A stretch of DNA of 62,352 nucleotides, filler included. It is 10 parts of 10 records of this genome, joined end to end, with 100 filler letters (N's around TTAATTAATTAA, not from the genome) between each part and the next. Parts side by side here need not be neighbours in the genome. Positions count along the whole stretch, not along the records: positions 45,893 to 51,165 come from SRR7504441_4348; positions 51,266 to 58,751 come from SRR7504441_4401; 8 more parts are not named here. One strand, written 5' to 3'. A program made the position numbers and the translations under genes. Positions 47,330 to 56,604 of this stretch are shown here, in pieces; position 1 is the stretch's first letter; each line of letters opens with the position of its first letter. The notes under the pieces are model-generated. The model worked only from the letters and a program-made list of their open reading frames with translations. It made no database searches and was not told where the DNA came from.

Positions 47330-49354
47330 CTAGCTAGAAGAGCGCCACATGAGATCAGTGCGAATCACAACCTTCTCTTGACAAGTTGCGTCGCTCAAAT
47401 CGCTCGTTAGCACACAGCCTCCGTGAAGAGGCGAATCCGGATGCTCGCCTGCCCACACTTGAATAAAGACCGCAGTCAGCCATGCAGAGAATCACCGTGC
47501 CAGAAGCACACAGCTGCCCCAGCGGGTGGCTTCACATTCGTAGTCAGCCAATCACCCTCGTGCTGTTCAGTCACAAACTGTGTGGCACCGCCTCCGAATT
47601 GATCGGTCAAGTACAGCAGCACCTGGTTCAAAAGGTGAGTTGGGCCTCTTATCTACTCTATACTCGTATCTACTGCAGCGCACCGACATGTGAGAGACAG
47701 CAAGCCCGGAATCGTCTTCTACTCTGGAGGGCTGATCATAATGCAACCCAAACAGATCGCCATGTGAGTACTTATAAACCCGCCACCGTGGGTTGAGTCC
47801 GATTGCGGCAACTCCAGCAGGCGAGCGCGGCATAAATGGGCCAAGCCTACTGAACACAGCATCGGCGATTGAACCAGAGCAGTTGGAAGGAACTCGGAGC
47901 TCGGCCATGCTGTTGCGCCGGACCCCCTGGCGAGCCTGCGCGTAGCCCGCGCTCTCAGCGGCGGCAAGTAGATCCTTGCACTCGGATTGGCTGAGCACTT
48001 GCTCGACAACTATCAGCCCCTTGCAGCGCTGTGATCCCCAGTACTGGCTCGGCATGCCCACAGCTGGCCCGGCCTGCAGAGCGACAGTGTCCGCTGGAGG
48101 GGGCTCCGGGCCTGCACGGGTCAGGATCTGCCACTCGGCCCCCTCCTGACCGTCCTGCAGCGCCAGTGACAGCTGATCCCCTTGTGCTACTGAGAGCAGC
48201 AGACCTGTCTGGCAGGAGCGCAGCCAGTGCCGCTGGTCTCCTGTCGGCTCCAGCCGCCACCTTGCCGGATCGGTGAACCAGTGCGGGCTTGCTAGGTCGA
48301 GCAGCTCGCCCGTAGCGATTACACGGCCGGCGTGCCCCTCCAGCTGTAGGCTGACGCAGCCGTCGGGCAGAACGAACAAGCTGGCCTCCAGCTGCAGGCG
48401 ACTCGCTCCGTGAACCAGCCCAATCTTGGCCTCAGGAACAACTCCGCTATGTCCCAGGATCCGGGCAGCGGCTTCAAGATCAATGCGATCACCGCAAGCT
48501 CGGCCAGGCTGCCTCACCTGAAGAGCGACTCGGGCCTGCTGCAGACTCCCCCGCATGGTCAGACTCACGCAGTGTCTCACCACCCCGCTCGGGGCGCTAT
48601 ACTGGCGGCGCTCGCCGTGCGAGTCTTCCAGCTCGAGCACCACCATCCCGTCCAGTCTTTCCGTTACCCACGCCGGGCATGTAGATGAAGCCCCGCAGGC
48701 CAGGCCATAGAACAAGCTCTGGAAGAGCGGTACCGTCGGCAGGTCGGCAGAGAGCGCGCTCAGGGACAGGCCGGTTTGGAGCGCTGCGCTGAGCTGGCCT
48801 ACCTTGCTTGCCTCCGCCAGCACTGGGATCGGAACCATGAGATCGAGGAAGCCGGCGAGCACGTAGCGAACACCTTTGCTGACAGGGACGCCGCGGTGCT
48901 GGATTAGCTGGCCGTGGAAGATCAGGCCGTCGCCCTCGGCCAGTGAGTGTACTGGCTGATCCTCGTCCTCGAATTGGGTCCCGCCGCCCTCGTACAGGCG
49001 AGGGTCTCTGAGACTCACGATGAACGAGACCACAGAACCGTCGCGGTGCCAGCCGAGCCCCGCCTGCTGGTCGGCCGCGTAACGGACAACAAAGCTCTCC
49101 CGGTGGACCAGCTGCCCGGCCGGCAGCCCGGTGGCCCTCTCCACCGCCTGAAATAGCTCCGAGGCCAGCCACCGGTCGAACCAGGGCTGCAGCTCCGGCA
49201 CCGACCCCACCTCCATGTCCGTCGTGGCCGCCGCCTTGTGCCGCCGGCCCTGGCGCCAGCCCACCTGCTCTGCACGCCGCTCGCAGCAGTCCACCGCCCA
49301 GCCGCAGTCGGCCGGGGCGATCAGGTGCACGATGCTATGGACGGCCATCGTCAT
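47330..49354 (-). CDS. Tandem 2OG-Fe(II) oxygenase: PLOD-like domain, beta-trefoil-like fragment, P4H-like domain (2 introns)
   Basis: Domain 1 FVVRY...HRD...EGGGT.F...H.G..V..G.RY; domain 2 LSQSEC, LNPRWRVYKY, HYD, LLYL, GGAT.F, H.G, K..IRTD after splicing. Confidence 0.85.
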
Positions 49355-49521
49355 TTCTTTGGCTCGAGCGCCTGGGCCTGCTTGCGAGTCTCTGCCAGCG
49401 CGGTCTGCTTGTCGGTGAGGAAGAAGAGCTGGCCCCGCTGCTGATACACTGCCCGGCCCGGCTTGAGGCAGCTCAGCTCCTGCTCCTGCACGCTCAGCGT
49501 GTGCCGGTCCGGCTCCATCAT
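49351..49521 (-). CDS. ASDURF: ASDURF-like (ASNSD1 uORF) prefoldin-like microprotein, 56 aa
   Basis: ELSCLKPGRAVYQQRGQLFFLTDK resembles the human ASDURF core (recalled as [26 protein letters not shown]); its TGA overlaps the downstream ATG. Confidence 0.7.
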   Translation of the reverse strand: MMEPDRHTLSVQEQELSCLKPGRAVYQQRGQLFFLTDKQTALAETRKQAQALEPKK

Positions 49522-49600
49522 CAGTGATTCTGCGTCGAGCGAACGGAAAGGTCGTTGGGATCTCGAGAGCACTGCGGCGCTTACGCAGAGCGGTAAGTGG

Positions 49601-50944
49601 ATGCCGCCCCCTCCCCCGCCACCCCCGCCTCCTCCGCCTCCTCCTCCTCCTCCGCCCCCGGCCGCGGCGCTGGTCCGGGCCCAGCCTGAGGCCGCGCGGC
49701 CGACTCCACCGGCGGCCGCACTGGTCCCAGGGGGCGGGCTGCGCTTCCGGACGCGGCGGCTGGGCGGGTGGGAGCAGCGCGTGTGCCAGCCAGCCACCAC
49801 CGGGCTGATCGTGTGCGACATGGTGCGCGGCCCTGTATGCGCTGCCTAATCAGGGGTGCAGTGGTCAAAGCACTGGTGCAAGGGGGCCACCAGCCGATTG
49901 GAGGAGATCGCCCCACGGCTGAACTTGACGGCGGCCGCACTGAGGGCGGCGGGGGTGCTCGTGATCCACTGCCCGAGCGACGGGGCGCATCACTACGAGG
50001 GCACCCCGATGCGGGCGCTCGCCCGGCAGGCCCCGACCCGCGGGGTCGAATCGCGTGGCATGGACCGCCGGGCGTGGAACAATACTGAGGCCGGGCGACT
50101 GGCCGGGCCGGAGCCTTGTCTGCCGATCAGCGACCGTGACGGCGGGTGCGACTGCCAGCCGCGGTGTGAGGACCGCCGGATTCGGGAGCAGGACTCCAGG
50201 CAGACAGCACTCGTCTCAATTGAACCAGGCGACGCTGTGGCTGAGAACGAGGAGGCACTCGCCTTGCTGCGGCAGCGCGGCGTGCGCGACGTGCTGATAG
50301 CGGGCGTGCATGTGAACATGTGCATCCTGTGGCGGCCGTTTGGGATCAGGAGGCTGCTTGAGTGCGGGTTTAACGTTGTGCTGATTCGGGACCTGACCGA
50401 CTCAATGTACAGCAGCCGGCAGCCGCCTCAAGTGCCGCATACAATGGGAACCGAGCTTGTGCTGCAGCACATTGAAAAGTATTTGGCGCCCACAACCACC
50501 TCCGGCGAGCTGGTCAGGGACGGGGTCGAGATGGAACTGGCCCAGTCGCATCGGCTGCAGGGGATCCCGGATAAGCAATTAAACGATGTGGCGCTGGTGT
50601 GCCATCACATGAGGTTCGCCATGTATTGCGGGAAGTGTTACCTCGACGGTGTGCATTGTCTGTTGCTGGACAAGGACGAGGCGGTGGTGTGCCATCATTC
50701 CAAGTTCGAGACGCTTTGTGGCTCGTGCGGCCGAGTGGACTACCAGCATGTGCGGAGAGTCAGCCTGCCGCAAGGCCGGCTGGTGTGCTGGCACTGCCGG
50801 TTCTTGGCCCACTGCGGTCAGTGCGCCGACGACGGTTCAGTGCATTGTAGGCGCCTCAACAGGTCAGCGATAGAGCAAGCGCACACAGATTATTGCCTCG
50901 GCCGGTATTGGGAGGATCGACTAGCGCAAGATGAACAACCATGA
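49601..50944 (+). CDS. Isochorismatase-like cysteine hydrolase with N-terminal poly-Pro and three C-terminal CxHx6CxxC repeats (1 intron)
   Basis: LIVCDM|WSKHWC, VIHCPS, GVHVNMC, RPFGIR and RDLTD; 39-nt intron with an in-frame TAA. Confidence 0.85.
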
Positions 50945-51165
50945 TCATAACAGCGCGACTTTAGTGCTCGTGCATGGTTTGGTACAGCCATTAGGACCAG
51001 ATTAGGACGTGCTTTCTACACATTAAATAAGCTAGCGCTTCATTTATCTATTTCCAGTGGTCTATAACCTTGCCGTAAATGTTCCCCAAAGGTATCGTTC
51101 CATTCTCAAACCCCTTAATGTTCGATATCGTATAAACAAACTCGTCCTCTCCCCCGACAAAGATC

Positions 51166-51265
51166 NNNNNNNNNNNNNNNNNNNNNNNNNNNNNNNNNNN
51201 NNNNNNNNNTTAATTAATTAANNNNNNNNNNNNNNNNNNNNNNNNNNNNNNNNNNNNNNNNNNNN
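51166..51265. other. Artificial contig linker
   Basis: N-run/TTAATTAATTAA/N-run. Confidence 0.97.
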
Positions 51266-51361
51266 TAAACCTCTCAACCAGATGTTGCTGGCCGCTAGTA
51301 ACCTGAGCTAGACCCCTGTACATACTAAGTAATTGGTCCAGGTCTAGATTTTTGTAGCTTA

Positions 51362-52841
51362 TCAGAGCTTGCTGTCCGGCTCGGCCGGCTCCTCTCTCTG
51401 ATCGGGCCTTCTCCCTCGCAGCCACTGCGCCAAGTACTTGGCGCTCGAGCGAGCCGCAAACCGGCGAGGGTCCTGCTGTCGCAGCTGCCGCAGCTCCTCC
51501 AGCCCAGCCTCGATTGCTGTCCGAGTTGCGTCCCGGACCGCAGTGACGGCCTCAAGATCCTGGTGGTTGCCGGAGTACTGGTCGGTTCTAATAGGATCAC
51601 CAAACTTGAAGTACACCCGCTGGAGCGCCTCGAGCTTTGGCCTCATCAGCGGGAGCGTGCGATCCGACCCGCTGTGTCCAGAGCGTTACAGCCGGGCCGG
51701 GGCGCGCACTTGCCTAAGGAATGGGATTGGCAGCCAGCCGAGCGGCAGGTCAAACACAATATCCACCTGCATACGCTCGCATCTACTTTATATCGGCCCG
51801 AATTCACCATGTCTTCAGTGCCGATGTTGGTCACCGGTACTACTGTACATCCGTGCTTGACTGCCGCCTTAGCAAACCCGAGGTGGTCCTTCCACATTAA
51901 CTCATACTTCTGGTCCGTTGTCCGCTTGAACGTCTCCCGTGCCCCGCCGGGATACACCTGCCCGAACCGCGCATAAAGCTTGTCAAATACCAGATTTGCT
52001 CACGAAAACACACGCTCCACTCTCCATGAGCAAGTCTACATTCCGGCGGGTCCCGTCCACCGCCCCGAGCACCCGGCGGAGCACCTCGGCGTTCCCCGGT
52101 ATCTCGAAGTGCGCGTGGTCGGCCAGCACCCTTAAGAAGATCCCCTTGGCCTTGTAAAGCCCATGCAGCAGCAGCGGGAAATCAAACCCCATTCTGGCAC
52201 CCCCGGCTCGCCCCAAGCCCGGGCCAGCTCACGCACATGGTGTGGTTGCTCACGAACAACAGCGGCCGGTCGGTCGGTATCTTGTCAATCCCGACGAACA
52301 CCGGCTCGAGCACCGCCCGGTACAGCCGGGTGGCCATCTCCACCGTCGCCCGGCCCGGCGGCCGCCACCTGAGCATGTCCCTCTCGAGGGCCGTGTGCTC
52401 CAGCTGGACCAGCGCCTGCACGTTGTTCCCCGCAAGGTAGTGCGCCCGCCCGGAGAACACAAGCAGCAGCAGTGCCATTGCGGAGCGCTCGAGCCGACGG
52501 ACGTCCACCGACCGCTGGAGCAGCTGGAGCCCGATGGCGAGCGCGAGCAGCCCAAACCCGGGCACAAACAGCGGGGTGAGCAACTTGAACCCCCGACTAG
52601 CGGTGAGCCGCTTGACTAAGGCCACCTTGCTCCGAAAGCTGTATGGCACTGACCACAGCCCCACGGCCCCAGCCTCGACAAGAAGCAGTCCGAGCAACAC
52701 CCTGTCGTACAGCCAGCCGTACTGACCCACTGGCCCGGCTGTCCAGCTCCGGAGCCACTGGACCGACCGGCAGACGTAGCTACAGGCCGTCCCCCGCATG
52801 CTTTGGGGCTCTTCTCGATAGGCATCGAGCCTTCCGGACAT
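51362..52841 (-). CDS. PlsC/LPLAT-type acyltransferase with N-terminal multi-TM region (4 introns)
   Basis: RPLLFVSNH...FD, VYPGGARE, GFAK.A..HG..VVP, G.ED and RVYFKFG.PI; start at 52841 or 52874. Confidence 0.85.
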
Positions 52842-52872
52842 TGCAGGCCGGCCGTTAGTTTTCGTCGTTGCC
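52842..52872. promoter_or_regulatory. 31-nt divergent spacer containing GCCGTTA
   Basis: CAT at 52839-52841, ATG at 52873, CCGTTA at 52852-52857. Confidence 0.45.
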
Positions 52873-53448
52873 ATGCGGGGGTGCCTGGTCGCACTGTTGG
52901 CGGCTGCGGCGTCGGCGGCTGGGCGGGCCACGCGGCTGGACGACACGAACACGATGGTGGAGGTGTGCGTTGTGGGTGCCCGCAGGCTCAGCGCAGGGCA
53001 GGTGGCCTCCTCCAAAGTGTACCCGGCTTGGGCGCTCCGGAAGCCAGCGGCGGGGCAGGTACTTGGTCGGATTCTACAGCGGCGGTGAGGCGCCCCGGGC
53101 CGACAAGCAAGTGGCCGGGGACAGTGCTGGTGGGCTGCTGGTGCCGTGCTGGGCCGGTGCAGCTGGACGGCGCGGGCAGGTAAATGAGTTCGACGCGTTG
53201 GCGGGCCTGGCGGCGGGCAAGTACGGCGTGGGGCTGCTGGACGTGGACCAGTACCCCGTGGTGGCACAGATCTACAAGGCACCGCCTGCACGGTGCAGAG
53301 ATTGACGGGCAGACAGGTGCAAAAGACGCCGCAGGCGCTCATGTTCCGAGATGGCCGTCCGGGGCGTTACGGCGGGGTTCTCGAGGCCGAGACAATGGAT
53401 GACTTCCTCCGCAGCGTGTTCAACCCGGCATTCGACAACTTCTTCTGA
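52873..53448 (+). CDS. Secreted thioredoxin-fold (PDI-like) protein lacking CxxC (3-4 introns)
   Basis: Signal peptide; LDDTN, YLVGFYS, VGLLDVD, Y.V..TP...FRDG...Y.G. Confidence 0.65.
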
Positions 53449-53733
53449 TCGATATGGCAATGTCCTGCATCTAGCTCGCACAACGTGCGGTGCCGGATCG
53501 CCGGATCGGATGAATTACACAGTACAGTACGTGCCGTGTCTAAATATGTGCATGCCGCACGACAATGATATCGATATTGTATGCGTTTCAATGACATGTC
53601 GTACTATATACATAACTATACACGGATTCTTCGGATGACCAATGGCCGCGCAATAGGTTCTTAGGGCACACTTGTATAATACTTGGGGAGATTTGTCGTT
53701 GTCGAGCTGAAGCCACACTGTCGGACAGGCGAC

Positions 53734-54790
53734 ATGTCCTGCTGGCGTGCGGGGCTGCTGCTGGTCTGGATGGTGTCGGAGGGGCTAGGGCTCGCGCACA
53801 GCTGCCGGGAGATCGCGCTGGAGGGTGGCCGGGCCTGGACCCACTGCACTCTGAACGCGACCGCCGGCCGGCCGACCATAGTCTGGCTGAACTGCTTCGG
53901 GTGCGGACCGACTGATATGCTCGGGCCGGCCGAGGACTCACTGCTAGAGCACGCCGCAGCGGCTGGGTTCGATCTGGCCCTGCCACACGGGTACATGCGC
54001 TCTTGGAACGCTGGGCCGTGCTGCGGTCCTGCCAAGGACAAGCGGCTGAATGACACCGGGCTTGTGGCCACAGTGATGAGCACCCTCCGACGGCAGGGGC
54101 ATGCCGGGCTGTTCCTCGGCGGGTACAGCAACGGCGGGTTCCTGGCCGCCCGGCTGGCCGAGCATCGCGGCTGGAGCGGGCTGTTGGATGGGCTGGCGCT
54201 CGTGTCTGGGCACCAATACGGCGGCCGGGTGGCGGCTCGCAGGATCCCGGTCATGCTGCATCACGGGACGGACGACCAGCTGGTCCGGTATGAGGGCTGC
54301 TGTGACGGCCCCGGGCCCCACTGCTGCTGCGGGATCTCGAGTGGGCGCCAGTGCGTCGGTGCAGAGAGAGTGGCAGCCCGATGGTGCCGCCGCCCGTGGG
54401 CCGGATTGAGCCGAGCGTGGCAGGGCCGCAAATAATCTATGCGATCGGTCGGGCGTGGAGTCCCGCAGGGGTTGCAGCGAATTCGGCGGCTGTGCTGCCC
54501 GGACTGTCTTTTGCAAGCACGAGGGCGGCAGCCACTTCCTGCCCAACCAGCCTGGGGTGATGCGCTCGGTGGTCAGCTTTTTCGCGGAGCTGCACAGCGA
54601 GCAGTCTAAAGCCCTGCGTGAGGCAGCACAGGCAGCTGAGGCTGGCCAAGCTGCGATTCTAGCTCGTGTGCCACTCGGTCACGGCGAGCGGGGCGGGTGG
54701 CTGATCACGGGGCTTGCCGGCGGGATTGCGGTGCTGCTGGCACTAGTTTTCTATGTAAGCAAGCAGCGCAGTAGTATGCGCGGCTTATGA
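53734..54790 (+). CDS. Secreted/membrane-anchored alpha/beta-hydrolase, PHB-depolymerase/LpqP-like (1 intron)
   Basis: Signal peptide, RSWNAGPCCG, GYSNGG nucleophile elbow, HGTDD, GGSH and a C-terminal TM. Confidence 0.85.
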
Positions 54791-54925
54791 GCGGGTATAT
54801 AGTGAGCGTATCAAGTAATAGAACATAAGTATAATAATGGTTTCAAATGATATATGCCGTATCGACCGCCCCAACACAGCAACGCGCAATGCCATCATCG
54901 AGAAGCGGACCCGCTCCCCAAGAAG

Positions 54926-55321
54926 TTATAGCTGCTCTTCCACAGTGTGCTCGGCGCTGAACCACGGATCAGTAGCAGGCGCCTGCTCCTTCGCGCCGGC
55001 CTGAGCCGTTGCGGGAGGCGTTGCCGTTGCGGGCGCTCTCTCCCTCCACTGGCACGCAGGCGAGGTGGCCTTGGTGGACAGCTGCCTGATCCAGTCTATG
55101 TCCACCGCCGTTGGGATTGGGGCGCTCTCGTTGGTCTCGTCGTGCAGCCGGCGGGCGGCTGGATCCCACTCGAGCCAGCAGGCGGTCTGGAGCATCATCT
55201 TGCCGTTGATGCTCAGGCTCAGATTGCCGGCCGGGTTGAGTTCGTATTTGAGCAGGTCCCCGTCTCCGTCCCGGAACTCCACCTTCGCCTCCGTGCGCTC
55301 GGCGCTTGACTCACTGCCCAT
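54926..55321 (-). CDS. Small hypothetical protein (possible N-myristoylation, MGSESS)
   Basis: 131-aa ATG ORF divergent from DGAT2. Confidence 0.55.
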   Translation of the reverse strand: MGSESSAERTEAKVEFRDGDGDLLKYELNPAGNLSLSINGKMMLQTACWLEWDPAARRLHDETNESAPIPTAVDIDWIRQLSTKATSPACQWRERAPATATPPATAQAGAKEQAPATDPWFSAEHTVEEQL

Positions 55322-55366
55322 GGACTGAAAGGCGGCACTACCCTTCCGCGGGAGATGGCCGTTCGA

Positions 55367-55378
55367 CCGTTGTAACGG
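55367..55378. promoter_or_regulatory. Back-to-back Myb-like motifs CCGTTG-TAACGG in a bidirectional spacer
   Basis: Near-palindrome CCGTT-GT-AACGG between divergent ATGs at 55321 and 55454. Confidence 0.5.
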
Positions 55379-55453
55379 CACTTCACACACTGACAAGAAG
55401 CCCGCCTACACTGAGCAGCAGCACACTAATCCGCAGCTCTTCGGGTCGTCGCC

Positions 55454-56485
55454 ATGCGAGCCGCTGAGTCGGCCGAGGGCCGGCAGGCCAGCTGGCGTTA
55501 TCTTGTGCTGCTGATGCTGGTGTCGCCCATCCTGCAGATCCTGGCCAGCGGGCTGCTCAGTCTGCTGCTGCTGCTCCACCCGGCCGGCCGGATGCTCATG
55601 CTGACCTACCTGGCCTACATGTTCGTTGACCCATCGCCTGGCCGAGGCGGCTGGCGGCGATCGGTCAGCTGGTGCCGGCGGCTGACCATCTGGCGGGTGG
55701 TGGCCCGCTACTTCCCGGCCGAGCTGGTGCGCACCGCTGTGCTGCCTCCCGGCCGGCCGTACGTGTTTGGATACCACCCGCACGGGGTGATCTCGTGCGG
55801 CGCGCTGCTTAACTTCGGCACCGTGGCCACTGGGTTCGACCAGGCCTTCCCCGGGGTGGAGGTGCACGTGCTCGGCGCCTCCCCGATGTTTCACGTGCCC
55901 TTCTTCCGCGAGTGGATGCTCGCGCACGGCGGTGGCTCGTGCAGCAAGCCCACGTGCGACAGACTGCTGGCCGACGGGCGCTCGATCGTGCTGGTGGTGG
56001 GCGGGGCGCGTGAATCGCTCGAGGCTCACCCGGACACGCTCCGGCTGACCATCCTCAAGCGCAAGGGGTTTGTCCGGCTGGCGCTGCAGCACGCAGCTCC
56101 GCTGGTGCCGGTGCTCTCATTTGGCGAGAACGAGATCTTCGGCCAGCTGAGCAACCCGAGCGGCAGTTGGCTCCGGCGGGCGCAGGAGAGGCTGCTGCGA
56201 TGGCTCGGGTGCACGCTTCCTTCTTTCTTCGGAATCGGCTCGTTTCCTCTGATGGCAAACTTGATCCCGGGGACTGGAAGCATGAAGTACGGCCTGCTGC
56301 CCTTCTCGAGGCCGCTCCGGGTGGTGGTGGGGCCACCGATCGAGCCGCCAAGCTGGGACCGAGGGGAAGGCGCTAGTCCACCGGAGCAGCTTGTGGAGAC
56401 TCTTCACGCCGAGTATCTCGCGGCGCTCCAGAAGCTATACGAGGAGCACAAACCCAACGACGGCCCGCCGCTGATACTTCAATGA
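55454..56485 (+). CDS. DGAT2: Diacylglycerol O-acyltransferase type 2
   Basis: YFP, HPHG, VVGGARE, RKGFVRLAL, LVPVLSFGE and VVGPPI; intronless. Confidence 0.92.
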   Translation: MRAAESAEGRQASWRYLVLLMLVSPILQILASGLLSLLLLLHPAGRMLMLTYLAYMFVDPSPGRGGWRRSVSWCRRLTIWRVVARYFPAELVRTAVLPPGRPYVFGYHPHGVISCGALLNFGTVATGFDQAFPGVEVHVLGASPMFHVPFFREWMLAHGGGSCSKPTCDRLLADGRSIVLVVGGARESLEAHPDTLRLTILKRKGFVRLALQHAAPLVPVLSFGENEIFGQLSNPSGSWLRRAQERLLRWLGCTLPSFFGIGSFPLMANLIPGTGSMKYGLLPFSRPLRVVVGPPIEPPSWDRGEGASPPEQLVETLHAEYLAALQKLYEEHKPNDGPPLILQ

Positions 56486-56604
56486 TAACCAATACGTAGG
56501 ACCACCGCTCGACCTCGTTGCAATTCATTACACAGTGTCGTGTCATTACATGTAAGCGTGCACTAGTCAATTACGTACTCACTTGGTTAATGGGAGCACT
56601 CTCG

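Noticed and set aside
49604-49660. CCN-rich low-complexity tract
   Set aside because: Explained as the poly-Pro coding run of the hydrolase gene
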